Of a DNA stretch of 64,000 nucleotides, positions 56,161 to 64,000 are shown piece after piece. Positions within the stretch are counted from its first letter, which is position 1; the number at the start of each line of letters is the position of its first letter. This DNA is from a virus, in the IMG/VR virus record IMGVR_UViG_3300029787_005452, positions 64,001-128,000 of that record; one strand, written 5' to 3'. A program made the translations under genes and the position numbers. The notes below the pieces were generated by a model, which had not been told where the DNA came from, made no database searches, and saw only the letters and a list, made by a program, of their open reading frames with translations.

Positions 56161-56555
56161 TGGACAAATTAAAAGATATTACTAAAGAGGTAGATAATAG
56201 CCTAAAAGAAGATAATACAATTAAAGAAATTAGTATAGAAGACGTAATAAAGTATATAGTTAATAATGATACCGATACAAAAGCTCGGGTTACAGCTGGT
56301 AGAGTTTTTCAGACCAATAAAAACCCTAATTTTATAGAAACTTTATTTAAATTAATAGAAGAAGAAATAGGAAAGATGGAATCTAAAAATAATAGAGATT
56401 CTGATAATTCATTTTTTAGTTTAAATAAAAAAATTCTTTCTAATAATTTATTCATTATAAAGGAAATTATTAAACAATATAATTTAGATGAAAAAAGAAT
56501 ATCAGATTTTGTTTTAGGAACTCTGATACAATCTATATATGATTCAAAAAGATAG
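56160..56555 (+). CDS. Hypothetical protein
   Basis: Coupled ORF. Confidence 0.6.
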   Translation: MDKLKDITKEVDNSLKEDNTIKEISIEDVIKYIVNNDTDTKARVTAGRVFQTNKNPNFIETLFKLIEEEIGKMESKNNRDSDNSFFSLNKKILSNNLFIIKEIIKQYNLDEKRISDFVLGTLIQSIYDSKR

Positions 56556-56805
56556 AGATATTATTCAAGAGTATGGTATAGATTTTGTTGCAAGATTTGC
56601 ATGCTTATATGAAGGAGTTAACGTAGCTTGTAGTAGAGCTGAAAGAATAGGTTATGATACTGAGCATAGTACTGCATGGGTTAAACCTACAGCTTTTCAA
56701 AAATATGTCGATGAACGATATTTAGATATGAAGCACGATATACAGCTTTATTTAAAAGGAATAGACACTGATGAAATTTATCCCTGGGACGAAATTTATA
56801 AATAA
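56539..56805 (+). CDS. Hypothetical protein
   Basis: Coupled ORF. Confidence 0.6.
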   Translation: MIQKDRDIIQEYGIDFVARFACLYEGVNVACSRAERIGYDTEHSTAWVKPTAFQKYVDERYLDMKHDIQLYLKGIDTDEIYPWDEIYK

Positions 56806-56980
56806 TACAATGACTAACACCAAACTCTTTAAAAGAGGTGTATTATATACGTTGAACAATATTAAACCATTAGAGGGTAATATTGTGTATACATTTAAAG
56901 TTGGTAATAAACTAAAAGAAGTGACGTTTAAGAACGTAGAACAAGCAGATCAATGGTTAGAAAAAATTATAGTAAATTAA
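56771..56980 (+). CDS. Hypothetical protein
   Basis: Coupled ORF. Confidence 0.55.
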   Translation: MKFIPGTKFINNTMTNTKLFKRGVLYTLNNIKPLEGNIVYTFKVGNKLKEVTFKNVEQADQWLEKIIVN

Positions 56981-57765
56981 TAATAATCCCCATATACATC
57001 AGTATCGTTTACTGACATATCAAAAACATCTTTCTTACTAATAGCGTCAACGTCATATTGGTTATAGTTATCTTTTTTACCTTGACTTTCTTCATTGGCT
57101 CCTCCAGATAATCTACCTGCAAACGATTCTTCATAAATTTGACTATTGCCTGATATACCACTAGTTAAATTATTGAAAGGTATATTAGGTTCAAAGCTAT
57201 AATCTAATCGTTTTGCTTTTATTAAAAATACATAATGACCTTGTAAAGGGTTAATTTGAGCTATATCTTGATCTAATTTTTCAGTTATTTCAAAATATTT
57301 CGGTTGTCTATCACTAGGTCTATCATCTCCATACTCACTTAACTGGAATACATCACCGGCCTTAGGTTCTATAACATTAAATTGCTTTTCATATACTGAA
57401 CTTAAAGTAAAGAAGTTATCATAGAATGAAGATATATGAATATAAGCAGTTACCTCATCATCACTTTCAAAACCAAATTTAGAAAGCTGTATTGCATTTT
57501 CATTTAAAGTTACTGCTAAAATAATTTCTCTTGGTTGAGCAAATATTTTAGTGGTTTCTTCTCCGTAAAAATTATCAGCACTTAATAAGTTGTATGTATT
57601 AACAAAGTAATTTACTTTAGTTCCGTATAAATTTATTTGCTCTCTCCAATAATTAGAAAAAAGAGTACGTTCATTCGATTGTATAGACTTATCTGTGAAT
57701 CTAAAACAAGTTTCATCAGTCTGTACAATTCCTGGAAAATCACAATTATAATTAGGTTGACTCAT
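56977..57765 (-). CDS. gp14: Neck/head-closure protein gp14-like
   Basis: EQINLYGTKVNY, NFYGEE, LSKFG...DE, EPKAGD. Confidence 0.75.
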   Translation of the reverse strand: MSQPNYNCDFPGIVQTDETCFRFTDKSIQSNERTLFSNYWREQINLYGTKVNYFVNTYNLLSADNFYGEETTKIFAQPREIILAVTLNENAIQLSKFGFESDDEVTAYIHISSFYDNFFTLSSVYEKQFNVIEPKAGDVFQLSEYGDDRPSDRQPKYFEITEKLDQDIAQINPLQGHYVFLIKAKRLDYSFEPNIPFNNLTSGISGNSQIYEESFAGRLSGGANEESQGKKDNYNQYDVDAISKKDVFDMSVNDTDVYGDYY

Positions 57766-58103
57766 TTTTCAATAACGAATTTTTTTAATTTTTCATCAAA
57801 ATATAACTTAATACCAGTACTACCCAATTTTTTTACTTCACCTTTGAAAGGTATTACATTATATTCTTTTCTTATATATTCAAGATCAGGGGTACCGCAA
57901 ACTTTTTTACCTGAGCCTTGTCTTAAAAGTTCAATATTTGAATTTTTAGTTGGGTCTGTTTTAACATAATCAGGTACTATGTTTTGATGAATTCTCATAT
58001 AATGGGGATCACCAGCACCTGGTATAGCCCTTCTATGTCTATGATTTATTCCAGGTTTAGCCCCCTGATATTTATTTTCATAAAATTTGCAAAATCTTAA
58101 CAT
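57762..58103 (-). CDS. Late hypothetical protein
   Basis: MLRFCKFYE; TAAATA-N5-ATG. Confidence 0.7.
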   Translation of the reverse strand: MLRFCKFYENKYQGAKPGINHRHRRAIPGAGDPHYMRIHQNIVPDYVKTDPTKNSNIELLRQGSGKKVCGTPDLEYIRKEYNVIPFKGEVKKLGSTGIKLYFDEKLKKFVIEK

Positions 58104-58117
58104 AATTATATTTAAGC

Positions 58118-58149
58118 AAAAAAAAGCGCAACCAAATTAATGGTTACGC
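58118..58149 (-). terminator. Rho-independent terminator
   Basis: Minus strand GCGTAACCA-TTAATT-TGGTTGCGC-T8, 24 nt after stop at 58173. Confidence 0.85.
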
Positions 58150-58172
58150 AATTTAAATTGAAATCTAATCTT

Positions 58173-59063
58173 TTATTGTATGAAATCTGCCCCAGCTTGT
58201 AATGCTACTTTATTTGCTTTACTTTGGAGCTTGCCTTTAGCATCAGCTAATGGTTTTGGTTCTGCTTCAACATACTTCTTAGTTGAATCGGATGCTTTAC
58301 CACTTTTTGGTTTAACCTTACCAACTTTATTATTACCACCGTGTGTTAAACCTGAATCCTTTTGATTAACCAATGCGTGACCCATTTCTTCAGCATCTAC
58401 TGCTTCTTTATGTGTATCGTCTTCGTCTTCGTCTTCTCCATCTTCTTCAGCTTCTTCAAAGCTTTCAAATCCATTTTCTTCCATTTCAGCAGAATAATCT
58501 TCTTCACCATCTGCATCATCATCATCACCATCTTCTTCTTCGCCCATTGCTGCTTGCAGCATGTCGCAAAGTGACTTGGCCATATCACGATCTAACGTAA
58601 TTGTAACTTCGTCTGATTCGGTGTCTGCTACTTCGGTATCAATACCAAGTGCATCCAATTCTTGTGTTTCTTGATCTGAGTGCATTTCTTCACCCATAAC
58701 GTTTTCAAAGAGTTTGTCAAAAGTTGATTTCATATTATTATTTATACTCTCTTTTACCTTTTTCTCTAGTTTTTTATTTTTTTTGTTATATTCTTGTGAA
58801 GAATATATCTCACTATTATATAATTCATCTTCTACACCGTTATGTTTAGGGTCTATAACGTTGCTATATATTTCCCCCTTATCAGCATTTTCTGGACCAG
58901 AACTATTATCATTAGCAAAGCCATGTTTAACGTCGTTAGGTTTCACCGGCGGTTTACCTACTTTTGTTCCCATTTTAGCTGCTTTTACACCTGGTGCGTT
59001 TTCAGATAGAATGCTATTATTATATGTATTCCATATTTCGGTTAGAGTATTTGATCTAGACAT
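58173..59063 (-). CDS. Highly acidic late protein, prohead core/scaffold-like
   Basis: Start corrected to ATG 59063 (TATAAATA-N5); D/E-rich, many xxE sites; followed by terminator. Confidence 0.6.
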   Translation of the reverse strand: MSRSNTLTEIWNTYNNSILSENAPGVKAAKMGTKVGKPPVKPNDVKHGFANDNSSGPENADKGEIYSNVIDPKHNGVEDELYNSEIYSSQEYNKKNKKLEKKVKESINNNMKSTFDKLFENVMGEEMHSDQETQELDALGIDTEVADTESDEVTITLDRDMAKSLCDMLQAAMGEEEDGDDDDADGEEDYSAEMEENGFESFEEAEEDGEDEDEDDTHKEAVDAEEMGHALVNQKDSGLTHGGNNKVGKVKPKSGKASDSTKKYVEAEPKPLADAKGKLQSKANKVALQAGADFIQ

Positions 59064-59064
59064 G

Positions 59065-59076
59065 TAAATATTTATA
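59065..59076. promoter_or_regulatory. Overlapping divergent late promoters (minus TATAAATA 59069-76; plus TAAATA 59065-70)
   Basis: Between divergent ATGs 59063 and 59082. Confidence 0.65.
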
Positions 59077-59081
59077 GCAAA

Positions 59082-60767
59082 ATGCCTAAAGATAAACAAA
59101 ATTATATGAACAACCCAAATCTCCCTACAACTGGGGCTGAATTTGAATATACTCCAGCAATGGTAAAAGAGTTAAAAAAATGTGAAAAAAATATTTTACA
59201 TTTTGCTGAAAAGTTTTTTTACATTATATCATTAGATGAAGGTAAGAAGACTATCAACTTACATTATTGTCAAAAAAGAGCTTTACGTAAAATGAGAGAT
59301 AATAGATTTTTTATATTATTAGCTTCTAGACAGATTGGTAAGACCACAATGATGACGATATATGCTTTATGGGTTGCATGCTTTAATAATGACCAGCGCA
59401 TACTTATTGTAGCTAATAAGGAAGGTACTGCTTTAGAAATAATGAGTAGAATTAGACTAGCATATGAAGAATTACCAAATTGGTTGAAACCCGGTGTAAA
59501 AGAATATGGTAAAACATCTATTGTATTAGCTAACGGTACGAGAATAGGTATATCTACTACTACCGGTACAGCTGCTCGTGGTCAATCAGTTAACTGTTTA
59601 ATACTTGATGAGTTGGCGTTTATTGAACCTCATTTAGTGGAAGATTTCTGGAAATCAGTATACCCTATTGTTTCATCGTCTAAAAAATCAAAAATCTTTA
59701 TAGCATCTACCGCTAATGGTACTGATAACCTATTTTATAAATTATATTCAGGCGCTGAATCAGATGAAAACGGGTGGGCTTCAGATAAAATTTTATGGAA
59801 TGAAATACCTGGTAGAAATGAAAGATGGAAGCAAGAAACTATTAATAGCATTGGTAGTTTTGAAGCTTTTCAGCAAGAATTTAACTGTGAATTTATTTCT
59901 AATAGTGAAAGTTCATTGGATGATGAGCTTTTTCAAAAATTAAAGAGTAAAACCAATGAACCGGCATTTGTATTTGATGACGGTAAATATCTTTTATGGG
60001 ATGAACCTAAAGAAGATAGAATATATGTAGTAAGTGTAGATACTAGTGAGGGTCTAGGTAAAGATGCTTCAGTTGTACAAGTTTTAGATTATACTGATCT
60101 TACCCATATTAATCAAGTTGCAGTTTATCATAATAATGAAATATCTCCATATAATTTTACTGAAAAGGTTTATGAAATATTGCAACATTGGGGTAACCCT
60201 TTAGTTTGCGTTGAAAGAAATAATAGTGGTGGTCAAATAGTTGATATTTTAAAAAATACCCATGATTATGAAAATATAGTTTCATGGGGCGGTGCAATAG
60301 CAAATAGAAAAAAACAACAATTAGGTATAATATCTCATACTAATACTAAATATAAAGCAGTAACTAACATGAGGTATTGGATAAATGAGCTTGAGTCAGT
60401 TCAAATAAATGATTCAAGGACTATTAAAGAATTAAAAAACTATGTAAAGGCACCAAACGGTACATGGAATGCAAAGAAAGGTTATCATGATGATTTAGTC
60501 ACCTCTCTCATGTGGAACCTTATTATATTATTAGATGATATAGTTGAACAGTATTTTGAAGTAATAAAAAGAGACACAAATAATAGACCATTAGAGTTGC
60601 AACAAATGGATTTTGGTATTAAATATTTTATGAACCCGACTTCTATTTATACAAATGAAAAATCAGGTTCACCCAATACATTACCAGTTATTATAGGCAA
60701 CGCTTCAAATACAGATAGTGAAATAGATTATTTACAAAATCAAGGTTTTAAAATATGGCAGCAATAA
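59082..60767 (+). CDS. gp17: Terminase large subunit
   Basis: ASRQIGKTT, LDELAF, STANG, QEFNCEF, VDTSEG, HDDLV. Confidence 0.96.
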   Translation: MPKDKQNYMNNPNLPTTGAEFEYTPAMVKELKKCEKNILHFAEKFFYIISLDEGKKTINLHYCQKRALRKMRDNRFFILLASRQIGKTTMMTIYALWVACFNNDQRILIVANKEGTALEIMSRIRLAYEELPNWLKPGVKEYGKTSIVLANGTRIGISTTTGTAARGQSVNCLILDELAFIEPHLVEDFWKSVYPIVSSSKKSKIFIASTANGTDNLFYKLYSGAESDENGWASDKILWNEIPGRNERWKQETINSIGSFEAFQQEFNCEFISNSESSLDDELFQKLKSKTNEPAFVFDDGKYLLWDEPKEDRIYVVSVDTSEGLGKDASVVQVLDYTDLTHINQVAVYHNNEISPYNFTEKVYEILQHWGNPLVCVERNNSGGQIVDILKNTHDYENIVSWGGAIANRKKQQLGIISHTNTKYKAVTNMRYWINELESVQINDSRTIKELKNYVKAPNGTWNAKKGYHDDLVTSLMWNLIILLDDIVEQYFEVIKRDTNNRPLELQQMDFGIKYFMNPTSIYTNEKSGSPNTLPVIIGNASNTDSEIDYLQNQGFKIWQQ

Positions 60768-61369
60768 ATCAATCACAGTTTAATAAAAGTAGATTAGATA
60801 AGTTTTTACTTATATTAAATTTACCCCCTGTTCTTAAAGACATAAGTAAAAAAGATCTTGGAAGTAGAGATAATAAAGTTGTTATAGAAAATAGCTTACA
60901 ATTTTCAGTATACGGTGCTGTTGTACCATCTGTTCAAGTACCTGCTGAAGATCTTTTCTACGGGGGACAATCACTTAAAGTATCTAAACATACTAGACCG
61001 GTTTATGAAAACGTAACGGTAAATTTTACTGTAGATAATGAATTTAATAATTATTGGGTATTATATAAATGGTTAGATTTACTTAATGATGAAGAATTAT
61101 CTAAATTTAACGGTAAAGATGTAGCTAATACAGTTAAAATGGAGCCAGTAAATAATAGAAATGGTAAAAGTTTAAGTCCGCAATCATTATATCAAGCTGA
61201 TATAACTTTATTAGCATTAGACGAGTTTGATAAAAGTAAAGTAAAATTCATTTATACGAAAGCTTTTCCTATTAGTTTAGGAGGGCTTAATTTTAATTAT
61301 AGGACCGCAGGTGAAATTGAAACTACCTTTGAATTTGCGTTTTCTCAATTAAAAGTTGAACTGCTTTAG
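60755..61369 (+). CDS. gp3: Tail tube-fold protein, gp3-like tail completion/terminator
   Basis: VVPSVQVP, YENVTVNFTVDNEFNNYWVLYKW, AFPISLGGLNF. Confidence 0.65.
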   Translation: MAAINQSQFNKSRLDKFLLILNLPPVLKDISKKDLGSRDNKVVIENSLQFSVYGAVVPSVQVPAEDLFYGGQSLKVSKHTRPVYENVTVNFTVDNEFNNYWVLYKWLDLLNDEELSKFNGKDVANTVKMEPVNNRNGKSLSPQSLYQADITLLALDEFDKSKVKFIYTKAFPISLGGLNFNYRTAGEIETTFEFAFSQLKVELL

Positions 61370-61413
61370 TCTATATTTATAATTTCATTTAAAAAAAATA
61401 GCATTAAAACCAT

Positions 61414-61419
61414 TAAATA
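61414..61419 (+). promoter_or_regulatory. Late promoter TAAATA-N5-ATG of tail sheath
   Basis: Read directly. Confidence 0.65.
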
Positions 61420-61424
61420 ATTGT

Positions 61425-63824
61425 ATGCGTACGATACAATCTCCAGGGGTAGAAATAAAAGAAGTCGATTTAAGTTTGAGACCTGTTTTTCCAACAGGTA
61501 CAAACATTATGGTTGCTGGTTATTCTGATAAAGGTCCAACAGACGAAGTTATTCAAGTAACAAGTCAGAGTGAATTTGAACAGATTTATGGGGTTCCATC
61601 TACTCCAGCAGAAAGATATTTTTACCATACGGTAAGACCATTATTTCAATCTCCAGCTAACATTTTAACGTATAGATTACCATATGGTTCAGAATCCGGT
61701 AACGGTTTTGGTAACGATTACGGGGTTTTAGCCTATCCAGTAAGTGCTATTAATATTGGTAATACAATAACAGAAGGAGATGACATTCCATATGGTGGGG
61801 GCCTTAGAACATTGAATCAATCACCATCAGGGGTAATGTATACACTTGGTAGACCAAAACATTTCTCCTTAACACAAAAGCAATATAATCAGATTTTACA
61901 AAAAGATGGTTTTGATTTTAGTAATATCGGTACCAAAGCAGAAGAATTATCTTCATTTGAAACTTTAGGTAAAGCAGGTTTATTAGTCCTTAATAAAGGA
62001 CAAACTACAATTGATGAAAAATTCCAAGGTTTTTATATCGGGGCAGTTGATAACACTAATCTTAACCCAGCAACAGACTTTGACGGTATTTTAAATACAA
62101 AAACAATTGGGCAATCAGCTGAAGTTACGACAAATTACCTCTCGTTACCATCAACTAGATTAGACTTTACTCTATCGTCAATATCTGACAATAATACAAG
62201 TACTTTTGGTCAAGAAGATGATAGTGTTTCAGAAATAATGGAAAATCTTAGTAAATTTGATATTGCTACTAATGATTTTGATGATACAGTTTCGTTAGGG
62301 TTATTTAAACTAAGACAATCACCATTCTCACCTGATACAATTAAATTAAATTATGTATTAAGTGAATCTTATGTTGGTTCATTTGATAGCTTTAGACAAA
62401 TTAATACATCTGATGGTGGTGCCCCGGTAAGCTTTTATTTGGATACAAAAGAAAATGATTCACCAAATGTGCAGATCTTAACTAATAAGTATGTATCACA
62501 TGCAGAAGATGGTGGTACTTGGTTAGATATTAATGGTAAACCTTCTAATAAAGTAAGATTTACATCAACCAAATTTGCAACAGATACAAGTAGTATTAAG
62601 AATATAGAGACGTTATCAGCTTCATACGGGGCAACAACATTAGCTCAGGCAGCAGCGTTATCAGCTTCGTTGTTTCAAACAACGAATCAGCTTGGTGCCG
62701 CAGATAGTTTATTCCCACTAGGTTCATATGCAAGTCAAGATTCTAAAACCAAGGATCTTGGTAGTATACCTGCAAAACTTGATAGATTATTCGATACAGT
62801 CGAAAATATTGACTTATTTGATATCGACTTAACCTTAGATGGTGGTATTAGTACTATTAATGCAGTTTCTGAATTCTTAGAAAGAACAGGTCAAGGTAAG
62901 TATTTTGATGATACAGCACCGATTTCAGCTTTCGACGGTTTCTATACATCAGACATTGTTAATAATTTAACAACTGAAGCAAAAGCATTCAGAAGTGATT
63001 GGAAAACAATCTTTGATAGGTTTGCAGAATTTGCAGAGAAACGTAGAAAAGATCATATGTTTGTAGCGGACTTACCGAAACCAATTTTTATACAAGGTAA
63101 GAGTTTCTTAACATTAGATGATCCTAATAAAAACTTCTCACTCAATGTGCTTAAGCCAATCCAAGCTCATACTAGTATTGTTAATACAAGTTATGCAGCA
63201 ACTTATGCGCAGTGGGCACAAGTTTATGATTCATATTTAGATGATCAATGTTATGTACCGTTTTCAGGGTTTGCCGGTGCAGCAATGGCTAATACAGATG
63301 CTAATTTCCAACCTTGGTTTGCACCAGCTGGATTTACTAGAGGGGTTGTAACTGGTGTTAACGATCTTGCATTATATCCTAAGCAGAAGCAAAGAGATCA
63401 ACTTTATAAGATATCGACTAACCCAGTAGCATTCTTCCCAGGAGAAGGATTTGTAATATTTGGTCAGAAAACGTTACTCAAGAAACCAAGTGCATTTGAT
63501 AGAATTAATGTAAGACGTTTATTCTTAAATCTAGAAAAAGCTACTAGACAAACAGTTAAGTATTTTGTTTTTGAACCTAATACATTATTAACTCGTACGA
63601 GAGTGTTAAATACATTAACACCTATTTTTGATAATGCTAAAAATACTGAAGGGGTTTACGATTTCTTAGTAGTTTGTGATGAAAGAAATAATACACCAAC
63701 AGTAATTGATCAGAACGAGCTTATTGTTGATATATATCTCAAACCAGTAAGAGCTGCAGAATTTATTTTAGTTAATTTCTACGCAACCAAGACTGGAGCT
63801 GATTTCAATGAATTGGTTGGTTAA
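61425..63824 (+). CDS. gp18: Contractile tail sheath protein
   Basis: SPGVEIKEVDLS, WFAPAGFTRG, NPV, GQKT, SAFDRINVRRLF, NNTPTVIDQNE, KPVRAAEFI. Confidence 0.96.
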   Translation: MRTIQSPGVEIKEVDLSLRPVFPTGTNIMVAGYSDKGPTDEVIQVTSQSEFEQIYGVPSTPAERYFYHTVRPLFQSPANILTYRLPYGSESGNGFGNDYGVLAYPVSAINIGNTITEGDDIPYGGGLRTLNQSPSGVMYTLGRPKHFSLTQKQYNQILQKDGFDFSNIGTKAEELSSFETLGKAGLLVLNKGQTTIDEKFQGFYIGAVDNTNLNPATDFDGILNTKTIGQSAEVTTNYLSLPSTRLDFTLSSISDNNTSTFGQEDDSVSEIMENLSKFDIATNDFDDTVSLGLFKLRQSPFSPDTIKLNYVLSESYVGSFDSFRQINTSDGGAPVSFYLDTKENDSPNVQILTNKYVSHAEDGGTWLDINGKPSNKVRFTSTKFATDTSSIKNIETLSASYGATTLAQAAALSASLFQTTNQLGAADSLFPLGSYASQDSKTKDLGSIPAKLDRLFDTVENIDLFDIDLTLDGGISTINAVSEFLERTGQGKYFDDTAPISAFDGFYTSDIVNNLTTEAKAFRSDWKTIFDRFAEFAEKRRKDHMFVADLPKPIFIQGKSFLTLDDPNKNFSLNVLKPIQAHTSIVNTSYAATYAQWAQVYDSYLDDQCYVPFSGFAGAAMANTDANFQPWFAPAGFTRGVVTGVNDLALYPKQKQRDQLYKISTNPVAFFPGEGFVIFGQKTLLKKPSAFDRINVRRLFLNLEKATRQTVKYFVFEPNTLLTRTRVLNTLTPIFDNAKNTEGVYDFLVVCDERNNTPTVIDQNELIVDIYLKPVRAAEFILVNFYATKTGADFNELVG

Positions 63825-63849
63825 ACATTTATAGTTCATAAATATTATT

Positions 63850-64000
63850 ATGCCAGATACTAAATTAACAGATTTAGAGATAGTAACTCAACCTAAGGAT
63901 GGAGACATATTATATATTGTCGATATTAATCAAGATGCGTCTAAACAAATAACCTATAATAACCTAGTAGGTACTAAAATAGATTCTTTAAGTGCATCAT
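63850..64000 (+). CDS. Late virion (tail/baseplate fibre-type) protein, 5' fragment
   Basis: TAAATA-N5-ATG; MPDTKLTDLEIVTQPKDGDILYIVDINQDASKQITY open to window end. Confidence 0.65.
   Translation, partial: MPDTKLTDLEIVTQPKDGDILYIVDINQDASKQITYNNLVGTKIDSLSAS

Noticed and set aside
9712-58600. Short opposite-strand or alternate-frame ORFs in the track (e.g. 9712, 10823, 10986, 22078, 23628, 25315, 25641, 26224, 28243, 28269, 30914, 32490, 32722, 38643, 38960, 40009, 41228, 42525, 47701, 51861, 52638, 52848, 55444, 55908, 57637, 58180-58714)
   Set aside because: Fully nested in well-supported genes, antisense-shadow composition, no promoter motif or recognisable domain
1594-59099. Longest-ORF starts at 1959, 3830, 8121, 20596, 36189, 48748 and 59099
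   Set aside because: Downstream starts fit stop-start coupling, the TAAATA-N5 spacing or avoidance of the hairpin better
33182-60767. Inteins or introns in gp43, gp41 or gp17
   Set aside because: Lengths are typical and motifs contiguous; no splicing motifs noticed
1-64000. Stop-codon reassignment
   Set aside because: Core genes are intact in the standard code and end in TAA, TAG (gp32) and TGA (gp43)
1-64000. tRNA, rRNA or CRISPR arrays
   Set aside because: Intergenic gaps are mostly under about 115 nt and filled by promoters; no cloverleaf or repeat-spacer pattern seen by eye (tRNAscan-SE not run)

Overview
AT-rich, gene-dense segment of a large T4-like myophage genome (Caudoviricetes, probably aquatic), using the standard genetic code. 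It contains the T4-type replication/recombination core (UvsY, UvsW, gp55, gp47/46, gp43, UvsX, gp41, gp32, gp45, RNase H, gp61) and part of the morphogenesis module (gp14, gp17, gp3-like, gp18). Interleaved accessory content: (i) a dispersed preQ0/7-deazaguanine pathway (FolE2, QueD, QueE, QueC) with no DpdA/TGT in the window, plus an early GATase-GNAT-dATP/dGTP diphosphohydrolase-glycosyltransferase-helicase operon; (ii) polyamine genes (two SpeD homologs, SpeE) coupled to queE; (iii) a ~12 kb, extremely AT-rich, apparently late-transcribed island with three radical SAM enzymes, glycosyltransferases, a split transketolase and deacetylases behind a small FN3-like protein; (iv) an early NDP-sugar operon; (v) about 17 late hypothetical genes whose products share T4 internal-protein-like N-terminal signals. 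Reading the intergenic DNA shows a very regular, apparently leaderless promoter architecture: TAAATA-N5-start at 21 genes, and TTGAnn-N16-TAnnnT-N6-start at about 11 genes. This lets most unknown genes be assigned a putative temporal class. All function calls come from motif recognition by eye; no database searches were run. No tRNA, rRNA, CRISPR array, intron or intein was recognised.
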